A DNA stretch of 61,960 nt, filler included, from Basidioascus undulatus (Eukaryota), in assembly GCA_000826855.1 (NCBI GenBank). It is 12 parts of 12 records of this genome, joined end to end, with 100 filler letters (N's around TTAATTAATTAA, not from the genome) between each part and the next. Parts side by side here need not be neighbours in the genome. Positions count along the whole stretch, not along the records: positions 1 to 24,201 come from JTLS01000244.1; 11 more parts are not named here. One strand, 5' to 3'. Position numbers and translations under genes: made by a program. Shown here piece after piece: positions 1 through 10,717 of the stretch. The notes beneath the pieces are model-generated. The model had not been told where the DNA came from. It ran no database searches and worked only from the letters and a program-made list of their open reading frames with translations. The number at the start of each line of letters is the position of its first letter. Within the stretch, counting starts at the first letter, position 1.

Positions 1-102
1 CCGTCCAGCAGAAGACGGAGGCCGGGGAGGGGGAGTGGGAGAGGGGGGGGGGGTGAGGCGTGAGGGAGGAGGAAGCGGCTGGATCGCCGGTGTGCATGGA
101 CT

Positions 103-1768
103 TCACACGTTTTTTGGGGATTGTGCTGCAGTGAGCTGGGCACGTTGGCTGGCAGCCATCCTGGTTATCGACGCAACGCTCGCGTAGGAAGGGAATCGAT
201 CTGTTAGAATGGGCAGAGGAGATCGCGGCATTTCAGCAGGACGTTGAGGGGGTGTCTGCCGCCTCGCGCCGCCTCTCGGGTGCAATACGGGACTCTCAAA
301 TGAAGGACGACGCCAGACAAGCGTGATTTTCTCCAATTGATTAACTGTCCGCAAACCCCTCTCTTCCGCCAGCGTCTCCATCTGCACCGCGATCCCACAG
401 ATCCGTCTCCGGCTCTGCATACACGCGCTTTCCTCACAGGCCCTCGCGTACTCGAGCCAGGGAAACCCGCCCTGTCCCGTCTTTTCCTCCTGCCGCCGCG
501 TTTGCTCGTTCCACCATGCCTGTTCCGGCCCGTTAACGTCGGGGACGGGGACGACCAAGGGCCGGTGCTCGACCAAATAGGAGCGGGCGAGGGAGTCGAG
601 CGCGGGGGAGAGGTGGTGCACGAGGGAGTGGTTGAGGGTGGACAGTGTGAGGAGTGAAGAGAGCGGGAGGAGAGACGCGATTTGTAGGAGGATGTCAAGT
701 GGGAGGGATGGAAGAGATGGGTCTGGTGTTAAAAGGTTCGATGAGGATGCCGGTGGCTGCGGAGAGGCGACGATCGAGAGGAGGGAAGAACGGTCGAGCG
801 AAGGCTTCCGAGATTGGGAAACTGGATAGAGGGAAGGCTTGCCAGACGTTTTCTTGCCCCACTGTGGAAGGTAAAGAAATTGAACCCACCGATCTGGCGG
901 ACGAAGACCCACTGGTCGCCCCTCCCAAGCATCGACTCCCGTCTGTCCTCCTCGGACACCTCGCCCTTGCTCATGAGGTCCTGCATCCACCGATCGACTT
1001 CCTCATCGACCTCCATCGCCTTCAAGTAGACACACATGCCCCCGGCACCGCCCGGTCCATACTCGATGCCGTCCAGGCCCCTCGCCAGCATCGGGTCAGG
1101 CGTTACACCCGCGAGGACCCAGAGCCGCGCGGGCGTCAGACGCGGCGCCGCGAGGGAGAGGATGCGGAGCACGGAGGCGACCACCCAGACCAGGGACGGC
1201 TCGTCGTAAGGCGAGTGCGTCCGCTGCGGGTCAACGGTCGATCGAAAGCCGCCTGGCCCGCCGTTGAGCTCAGGGTCGGGCGCGAAGTTGGGCAGCGAGC
1301 GAATCAGACCCTGTTGCATGGCCTCGAGAGGGTCTTCGGGCACGTCTGAGACCCGAGAAAAGTCAGAGAGCATAGTAGGACATGGTAGTAGGTCGCAAGG
1401 AGCGCGCTGGGTATGGCGTCTCCTTGTTCGGTGAACGATCCGATGAGGACGATATCCTTCCTGTTCTGCTCGTCCTCGTCCGTGCAGGGGCATAGCACGG
1501 GTTTGAGGGCTTTGGGGGTCTTAAACTTCAACCCTTTCCAATAAAGATGTCTGCCATCGGCCGTAATATTGTCGACAAGCTCTGCTTCGTAATCCTGCAA
1601 CAGGCATCAGCATGGCTCGTCACGCCGAGTGTGGTTTGCCACTTGCCATCATGACTTCGTTGCAGCTGCTCTTCAACGGCAGCCCGGAGATCTAGACTTG
1701 TGATGAGCCAAAGAAGTTGAGAAGTTTGAAAAGGAGGGACTCACAATGCAACTTATATCTTACCCCAT
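103..1768 (-). pseudogene. Multi-exon gene with a C-terminal F-box, probably pseudogenised
   Basis: F-box motif LPSLPLDILLQIASLLPLSSLLTLSTLN in ORF 103..990. Upstream exons splice to MG*DISCI|ISGLPLKSSCNEVMM|DYEAELV, with in-frame TAA at codon 3 (1760-1762). GC-AG intron 1595-1646; an apparently degraded GCGCGC donor near 1408. Confidence 0.6.
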
Positions 1769-2807
1769 TTTCCTTCTCTGGTCAAAGCAGCGTTGGGTAA
1801 TGGGAGAAGATGATGAAGACCCAGACAGGCAGACCGTCGGCTCGCTCAGGTTTGAACCCTACTGTAGCCTACGTAGTCTGCACACCCGCTGTGCTATGCG
1901 TCTCTTCCGATTCCCGAGACCACATTATTCCGTCAGGAAAATAATACAGTTGGGAAATTGTCCTTCTCTTGGTCAGTGGGTAGGCATTTTGAAGGCGTTG
2001 CAGCGATTTGCGCTGCAGCGGCAGGACTGCCGAGTTCAATTGAACCCGTCAACCACAAACGCTCCAGGTCGCTTTTGATGAATTTCGTGAAATCTTGACC
2101 TTTCATGCAGAGTATCTTCCTGCTTACCAACTGACTACCCTGTTGTATTGGTACATCGAGACTTCAATGGTCGACACTACAGTCACTCGTCAAATACACG
2201 ATCGAGTGCGGAACGACTGCGTGTTTTCTTTATCCACACAACTCGCTCCCATTTTTTGAAGTAAAAAAATGAGGCAGCGGATCCATATCTCCTCGGTGCA
2301 TATCTCTTCAGAGCTTTCTTGCCATCTTTGCAGTCTTGCCATCCCCAACCGCTACAACGGTGCCGGATCCGACTTGCTTCAAGCTTTGGCGGAACACCCG
2401 AAGAAGGGAGTTCGGCTTGCTCAAGGAGCAGTGAATGTGAGGGTTATATCATGAGCTATTGGCGAGCAGTGGGAAAGCACGGACGCAAAGGAGCGGGGGG
2501 CAACATGAACAGGAAGTTTTGTTGACTGCACTACTGAGATTGAAGGGAGAAACACTCTCACTATCACCAACCTGACTCACTATATTCTGTGGTCTGGAGA
2601 TTCAATTCCCTACTCATCGTCTGAAGAAAGGACAGTGATCCTAACGACAGATGTGGGACCCCAATGATAGCTGAGCTGGAGAAACTGAGCGATGTGACGA
2701 AGCACACATCTATGTTTGCCGTCCCGAGAGGAGCCCTTGGACCTTATTCTTCTTAGGCGTCCGGAGCATATAATCGGGTTTCTCCTACACACCCTCATCT
2801 CAGTTCA

Positions 2808-3439
2808 ATGAACGACGAAGAGAGACACTCAACTCAAGGCTGAGCTATCGACCGAGTCTGAGCCATCGATCAGGATCGAGCCTTCGGCCATATCCGACCC
2901 TTCAATCAAGCCCGAGCCGGCCGACATTCAGAAACTGATCGTCGGCAGCGCTTCGCGCGAGCCTGCCGAGCCTCAACTCGCCCAAGGGCGAAGGAGAGCG
3001 ACTCGAGAGTGGCGCGGTCGCACGGCCGACCGTCTGGGCCAGTTGAAGAAGGGGTCGAGCCGCCGGTAGACGGAGCGATGGATCACGAGGAGGAGAGCGA
3101 GGATGATGAAGTGTCAGTTGCCGAAGTGGACATCACTGTACGTTTTCGAATTTGAATCGCTATGGTTGGCTGTAGGGCAAGCTCGCTGATGCGGTTTCAA
3201 CCTCTCTCACGCACACGGGCATGATCTCCTTCTCCCTCTCGTCCGCCCCGCCTCCCGCGCTGAACCCGCACATCCACATCCACTCTCTCGGAGGGCGCAT
3301 CGGTCGCCCGCTCTCTTCACGCGAAGCCGAGTCCTTCAAAGCCGTCGCGACGCAGATCGAAGCGGGCGTGTGGTCTATCGAAGACGCCTCGACGGCCAAC
3401 GCGGCAAGGGAGCCATGGTTGCGCGAGGCGGTGGAATAA
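2808..3439 (+). pseudogene. Truncated, frameshifted 5' remnant resembling fungal 2OG-Fe(II) oxygenase-like proteins
   Basis: Exon with IKPEPAD and an acidic tract (frameshifted), then a GT-AG intron (~3139-3175), then GMISFS..NPHIHIHSLGGRIGRPLSSREAESFK..VWSIE..PWLREAVE*, which resembles the NPxLxIxGLGxIGLPLSxRDA N-terminus of that family. Stops 8 nt from the tRNA-Ala 3' end. Confidence 0.5.
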
Positions 3440-3446
3440 AAATAAT

Positions 3447-3519
3447 TGGACATTCCCGGAATTGAACCGGGGACCCCCTCAATGCGAATGAGATGTGATA
3501 GCCCCTACACCAAATGCCC
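3447..3519 (-). tRNA. tRNA-Ala(CGC)
   Basis: Reverse complement GGGCATT..TCTCA-TTCGCAT-TGAGG..GGTTCAATTCC..AATGTCCA folds as a cloverleaf with the G3:U70 alanine identity pair; a T5 run follows (Pol III terminator). Confidence 0.95.
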
Positions 3520-4017
3520 GACGTATGTTTACTTCGCAAAGACCACCTACTTGTAGATTATCTCATAAGGAGGTGAGGATGAGGTTCAAATGGCAATAGC
3601 TACGTATGTAGGAGAAGGGCAAGCGCGTCATCTCGGGATTCGAAGCGGGATCAACCGGGCCAGAAGACGACCGCCAAACTACTCTCTCTTGAGGGGCGGA
3701 ATAGGTCTTTTCAATTGCACAAAAGCAATAAACAAACCTGCTATTTACGTTCAAGAAGCCAAGAAAAAATGTACCAGACCCGAAATTGGGAAGAAAGCTA
3801 TGTCGCAGCGTCTGCAGCGGCGCTGCCACACAACGGAAGTGCGGTAGACGGACAGAGCCTGACAGCCACACTGGAGATCAATCGCACAAATATTGTCTAG
3901 AAACTAAGAACAATGAAGTACAGAAAGTTGTAGTAGCCCAAACGAATCGCACCCGCATCGCAAGCATCCCGGTTCTTCCTTCCTTCCTCCCCCTCCTGCA
4001 CCATCCCCATCCCCTCC

Positions 4018-7000
4018 TCAGGACAAGAACTCGAACCAGACAGCTCCTATCTCGCATCCACGCCACATGAGATATCCCCGAATCTCCGCACTGCGCAACC
4101 CACCTTGATGAGCCAGTACTCTTCTCCCAGCTGCGCATCGCTGCAGTGCTGGCGTACCTGTCTAGTTCCAGCCCGAGCTCAAACTCGACGCTGTATGGCC
4201 CCATATTCCTCAGTCACCGTAGCGGAATACTCCAAGAGCGAGAGAGAGGGATATTTACGCACTAGAACCCTTCCCGCGTCGAATACCACCGCTGCGCGGC
4301 CTGCTGGAACGTCGGGATATTCGACAGGTCGACCGACCACTTACAGAGCTCCTGTTGAACGCGCATCCATCGTTAACAATGGAGTAGAAAAAGGAGGAAG
4401 GAGGAGCACACCGTCGTCTCGCCCTCATCCGTATAGCGCATGATCCGGTCCGCGTCGGACGTGTACAAGATGGCAGAGAAGATCTTGTCTGATTGCCCCA
4501 CCAAACACCTTCAGCTTCTTCAATCGTCCAAAAGTCTGTATGAGGAGCCAGACGGACCTCCGGGGTCTTTGGCGAACTTGCAAAACGGGTGGACGACGCG
4601 CTGGCCCTTCCTGAGGATCGCCCCCTTCTGGACGAGGTACTGCAGCCTTCATACGCCTCCCTCTATCAGCTAGCTTCCAACTTCTTCCAAAAAAGGGGAA
4701 TTTGCACCTGTTTTCGCAAACCGTCACGCCCACATTATTCTGGATGATGTACGCCGGGCGCTTGCCATAGTCTTCCTGCTCGGCAGGAAGCTTGACGCGC
4801 ATGATGCTGTGCGGCTCCCCTCCTTCTCATCAGCACCATACCTTCATGAAAGCTGAAGTGAGGCCCAAGAACGCACTATGATCTAGGAGCAATGACCGAC
4901 GACACCACGCTGCGGTTCGAAAGCCCATACCGCGCCGCGCCCTGCAGCGTCGCGACGTCGCAGTCCGGCGGGCGGGCGATGACAGAGATTCGCCCTCCGA
5001 ATGTGTCCTTCAGGTCCAGTATCAAGCAGAGAAGTCAGCCAATAATAAGTGACGTCGAATGAAAAGAAAGGCGCGCACCTCGACCCGCTTGAACAGGTAC
5101 GACGAGCCAGCGAACCCGCCTACGAGGAGGAGCGCGTGGACGGGCTGACCGGCCTTGCTCAGCTGCTTGGCGATGAGGTCGAGCACCTTGCGCACGCACC
5201 CGACCCCCTGTCAGGAAACGTCCTTTCCGGTTCTTACTTGGATGAAATGGGACGCACCTCGTTCACGATCGGATCGAACACTTCCCGTCGCAGCACACGC
5301 CCTGGTATGGACAGTTCGCCGTTCTCGAGCCCAATACTAGGATCATCTATGTTGTTTCGCGCAGTTTCACCACACCCACCCGCATTCTCCATCAGTAACA
5401 CCCCTTCAAAGCAGCTGCAGCCCACGACGCACCCGGATCCTCGACGTTGAAACACGTAAAGATGAAGTTCGTATCTGCAACATTGCTCCATCCATGAGTA
5501 TCTCCGGGAAGCTTAAAATTCTTCGAACCGACGTACCGTCGTCCTCCGCCCCCCGGTAAGCGAGCTTGTCTGTCTCGCTGAAGCACGCCTGGAAGTTCGC
5601 GAGGCTGCGAGACCTCCGCCCGTCCCCTGTCAGTTGCCGCCAAAGTGTCCTGCAGTGAAATTGGGTGGGGCGGGATAGAGAGACAGTACCTGAGCGCGTC
5701 CGTATGCGCCGGATGGTCGCGCAGCAGGTGCTGCACGAGCTCGACGAAGCGCGTGTCGAGGAAGATGGAGCCGCAGTTGGATCCGGAACGAGCTGTGAGG
5801 GTGCACTCAGGTTCAGTGCGCATCCTCCTGGGGCAGAGAAGGTGCTTGAGGGAGACACACTGCAGAGCTCGGCGATCTCTACTCGGCGGGAAAGAGATCA
5901 GGTGGTACGCTCGGGGGGAGAAGGCGGAAGCGCGAGGACGTACCGAGATTCCTCAGGTTACCGAGAAGTTTGTACACTGCCAGATCCTGTCCGCCGCACC
6001 CATCACAGCCTGAGCTCCCCCATCTTATCCGCACTCCTCGTCACGTGCCTCAGAAACGCACCACCGTACCGCCACCCGCGTCCTGTCTCTCCCGTCCTCA
6101 GTACTCGGAAAAGAAGGGACAAGAAGGATTGGAACCCACGCAGATCAGCAGATTCTGACTCGGCTTGAGCTTGTGGACGTCCGTGAGCTGCGCGCAGTGC
6201 ACGGCGGCTGCTTCGGGCTCGCTGCACCCCCATCGGCCCATCGTAGGGGTCAGCACCTAAGTGACGGTGAAGGGGGACCTGACGAGCAAGAACAGACGTG
6301 ATTATGCGCAGGCGGCCCATCCACTCTTCCTCGGGCTCGCCAGGGCGCGAGGACTTGACGAGCCCCGCGGTGAGCGCGGCTTCCCGCATGAGGTTGCAGC
6401 CCTGTTTGGTGGCCCCGTGTTCATCAGTCCCGCCTCACTAGAACTCAAAAAGTAAAGGGAAAAGGACAGAAAGGGAGGGAAAAGGACAGAAAGGGAGGGA
6501 AAACACTCACCTTGGCGTCCCACGCAGCGGGCACAGTGAGCCACACATGCGCCGCGTCGAGCGAGGCGACGGCCGAGGTCTGCGCAGTGATCTGCTTCTT
6601 GGCATGCACCCAGAGCGCGGAGAGGTAGTCGGTTATGAGGTCGATGGGCTGCTTGTTCGGCTGGGGGGCGAGGGGGGGTAAGTAGTGAGTTGATTTGCGG
6701 AGGGGGCGAGGGGGAAAGGGGGACGGACAGGCAGCGGGGGCAGCCGATCGTGCACAGTTCCGTCTTGAAGCGCGGCGGGCTCGAGGTAGAGCTTGAACCT
6801 GTGGGTACATTCGATTTAGAGCCATCATAAAAGGAAAGATGGAAGGGGAAAGGGAAAGGGACGGGAAAGAGATACGTAGGGAAAGCCGGGACTCACCACT
6901 CGCACTTGCAAACGTGGGCATCAGGGATGTGCAGCTTCGCCTCGAGCCCCCACGCCAGGACGTCGCCCTCGGGGGAGTAGACGAGGCAGGTGGGGATCTT

Positions 7001-7612
7001 GCGGAACGTCTCGGAGGAGCCCGGCCAGTGGAGGACCTGCTGAATTGCGTTGGAGGTGTGGAGGGGGGAGGCATAGGCCACTCCTAAAATGCAGGGTCGA
7101 GAGCATCGAACTTAGAAAGCGATGTGGATAGGGAAAGGGGAGAGGGGAGAGGAAGGGGGAAGGGAAAGGGACGGACCGGACAGCGTCGTCCCCAAGTCGA
7201 TCGCGACCGACAGGCGGGACTCGTCCGCCGCCTGTGGGACCTCGCGGGCCTGCGCGCGCGGCAGGGACCCCGCGCCTGGGGGGAAGTGCTGGTTCTGGTC
7301 CTGGTTTTGGCCGGGGTAGGTCGGTGTGGGCCGGGCGATGTGGAATGTGGGTGAGTAGACGACGCTCGACCGTCCGCTCAGAGAGGGCGAGGGGGAGAAC
7401 GAGTGGGGGAAGGACGTGGGGGAGGGGGAGAGGTGCGCTTGCGGGGGAGGAGAGAGAATCTCCTCGGGTGTGGGAGTGGGGTTTGGGGAGAATGAGGGTG
7501 GTGAGAGAGGGAGGGGCGCGGAGGTGATGGGTCTTGAGGAGGGTGGGGGAGGGGGCCGGTTAGAGCACAGGGACTCGGAGGGCGCGTGGCGAGGGGTGCC
7601 GCAGCAGGACAT
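4018..7612 (-). CDS. HSPA12-type Hsp70-like ATPase, many introns
   Basis: Spliced motifs VAIDLGTTLSG, KIPTCLVY, WLTVPAAWD, IITEPEAAA, C|DAGGGTV|DLAVY, CGSIFLD, LLVGGFAGSSYL; ends EIRGYLMWRGCEIGAVWFEFLS* (TGA 4018-4020); start MSCCG at 7612. Confidence 0.9.
6457..6503. repeat. Tandem 20-nt duplication inside an Hsp70 intron
   Basis: GGGAAAAGGACAGAAAGGGA occurs twice in tandem plus a partial third copy. Confidence 0.8.
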
Positions 7613-8605
7613 GGTCTGGTGCTTGTTACACAGGAGGATGAAGAGGAGAAAGCGCTGATGGCCTTCTGAAGATGACTGATGGTAAGAACGAGCAACGAGC
7701 AACGTGACTGGGTGGGTCTAGGAGAACGCACACTCAGTCCCAACTGGGACTTTCAGGCACTGCGTTCGATTTCACCTGCAACAGTACTGTCGAAAATGCG
7801 ATTGCAACGCGTAGTCTCCGTTCGAGTTCAGTGGCGGCAAGGGCAGCAATGGCAATCCCGGAGGAAGGAGGACGTTGTGGAGGAAGATCAACCGGTGTCG
7901 GTCAGCGGAAACCGCTGCATGTGCAGGCGCGACAGCCCGGCGACAGCGGCTTGAACCAACCTCAACTTGAATGTTCGGAGCGACGGACCTTTCAGCACGA
8001 CGGACCTTTCAGCAGCCTCGCCAGCATTGATTTTTCCTTTGTTTTGTTATGGGTTGCAACCTCGGAGCGTTATTGGTTAGCTGACGCGGGGAAGAGACAG
8101 TTTAACGAATGTACTGCACCTGCTGTCAAGTATTCGACGTAGAGTGCGTGTTTTTGCCAATGGTAGATACATACTGTTTACCAAAAGCAAATTTAAGAGA
8201 TTTTTGCCCTCATACAAGTGCCAACGTACGCGCAGGAAGCCTATGGCCCAGCGGTCGTCCAGGCTGCAGGGCTCTTGTCCGCCCAGGTCCGCTCTCCGCT
8301 CTGAAGGGCGTAAAGCTTTTACGTGAGGAACTGCATGCATTAACATTTCCTGAGACTTTTTGTAAGTTACTTTCGATTATTTTACACCGTGCTACAAGTT
8401 CCATGGATTCCTTTCAGTAAATGGCAGATCCAACTGGCTCGGCGTCATCGGGCCCGCGAGTATGGAGCTCCGCAGAGGACATCGGAACCTTCGCCAGCGC
8501 CGTAACTAGCTTATTTGTGTACCTCCATCATCATCCAGCGCACTCAAGCTCACCACGCATCGATCAAACGTTTCATCACCTCTACTCACCTCTCGATCGA
8601 TACTC

Positions 8606-10449
8606 ATGGCTCCCTACACTCTCCGATGGGGTATCTTGGCCTGCGGCGGTATCGTAAATCAACCCCTTCGCATTGATCTCGATCGCCGTCTAACGAAGGG
8701 CTAAAGCGTTCCCCTATGATCAGGCCCAGACCTTCACGAAGGACCTCCTCCTCGACCCCGCCACGCGCGACGTGCACGACGTCCGGCACGAGGTCGTGGC
8801 CGTCGCGTCCTCCACGTCGGCGGACCGCGCGCGCGAGTTCGTCAAGGAGGTCGGCGCGAAGGAGTCAACGAAGGCCTATGGCAGCTATGAAGAGCTTGTT
8901 CAGGACGAGAATGTCGACATCATCTACATCGCCACGCCTCACAGCCATCACTATCAGAACGCGCTGCTGTCCTTGAGGGGGGGCAAGCACGTCTGCTGCG
9001 AGGTGCGTTCTCCGCCAGTCTGTTCTGGTTGAATGACCGTCCCTGATCATGATGCTTCCGTACTACCACAGAAAGCCTTTACGATCAACGCCAAGCAGGC
9101 GAAGCACGTTGTGCAGCTTGCGCAAGAGAAGAAGGTGCGGGTGTCTTCCCCATGCCGGCTCCACGTTTCCCGCTCCGGATGTGTATGTTTGGCTAACCGC
9201 CCCATCCATCGGCCACGTACAGATCTACCTTTTCGAAGCTGTCTGGACGCGCTTCTTCCCCCTCATGATTGCCCTCCAAAAGCTCTTGCACGAGGACCGC
9301 ATCCTCGGCAAGACCCACCGCGTGCACGCCGACCTCGGCATGCCGTTCAAGCGCGATGTCAAGCACAGGTGTGTTCGTGATGGTTGGCTCTCGTATCCAT
9401 GCAGCTTGTTGATTCCGCTTGATTGCAGGCTGTTCAACCCTGATCTCGGCGGCGGTGCTTTACTCGGTGAGCCATTCACGGTTCCCGGCTAAACTACGGC
9501 GGTTATCGCTAACGCCACACACCGTCTAGACCTCGGAGTGTACCCATTCACTCATGTCTTCTTGTGCAAGTCCTGTTGGAACGTCTTCGCGTACTGACGG
9601 AAGCCTTGTCCGTCCGCACGCTGAACTTCCTACCCCCTTCGTAGACCTCTTCCAAGACCCCGACAACGAGCGCACCCCGCCCGTGGTAACCAGCTCGATC
9701 CTCAAGACGCCTGAAACGGGCGTCGACGAGTTCACGACCGTGTCGCTCAACTTCCCCAAGCTTCACGCGAACGGCCTGGTGACTGCGAACGTGCGTACAG
9801 TCCCGCATCTTCTTTCCCACGTGCATCGAAGCTGATGCGCTCACGCACGCAGATGACGGTAAAATCGCCCGAAGACCGTGTCGTACTCATCCAAGGCGAA
9901 AAGGGAAGCGTGAGCATCCCCTGGCCTCCGGTATGGCATCCAACTACATTCTTCCTATTCTTTCGGGGCTGACGCAAGCTCCATTAACAAGTACCGCCCC
10001 GAATCCTTCATCGTCAAGCTGCACGACCAGGAGCCGCAAATGCACAACTACGTTCGTCGCTCTCCCGATCTTCATTCACCAACGCGTCTTCCCTCCGAGC
10101 TCACGCATCGCCGTTGCTTTCCCTTGCCAATGCAGCCCATTCACGGACAGGGCATGCACTGGGAGGTAAGTGATAGCTTTTAAGCTTTTCTACCGTCCTT
10201 TTAGTACAACTTATCTCCATTCCCTCACAGGCGGACGCATGCGCCCGGGACATCCGTGACGGCAAACTCGAGTCCGACCGCTTCCCGCTGTCCGAGAGCA
10301 TCGTTATCATGGAGGCGGTGAGCCCTTCCCCGTTTCTTGACGAGACTCTTTCGGTTCCCTCTGACGCTCCACGTCGTTGAAAGTTCGACGAAGTCCGAAA
10401 GCAGGCTGATTTCCAGTACCCTGAGGCGCTGGAATGGGTCGAGGCTTGA
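8606..10449 (+). CDS. Gfo/Idh/MocA family NAD(P)-dependent oxidoreductase (dihydrodiol / xylose dehydrogenase-like)
   Basis: MAPYTLRWGILACGGI, YGSYEELVQDENVDIIYIATPHSHH, GKHVCCE|KAF, EAVWTRFFP, GGGALLDLGVYP; ends EALEWVEA* at 10449. Confidence 0.92.
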
Positions 10450-10717
10450 GCGCGGAACACAACAGTGATCGTCCTATGGCGCCGCCGGTTGTTGAATGAG
10501 AAGATGAATACGAACTGCTTGCGTTGTTGTCTGCCGCTGTTCGTTTGTGGCTTCCACAGGTGGCTCCATGTCTTCACCTGCGCCCAGGCCGCAGTCTTCG
10601 AGGCGAACAGAACCAATGCGGATATATAATGATGGGTATGCGAACGCGTGCAAAACGGGAGTGCGGGGAGAAACTACACAACGATCCAAAGCAATGGGTA
10701 TGATTTGAGTTGGGAGG

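Noticed and set aside
8421..8657. ORF overlapping the oxidoreductase start
   Set aside because: Different frame from the real ATG at 8606 and no protein features.
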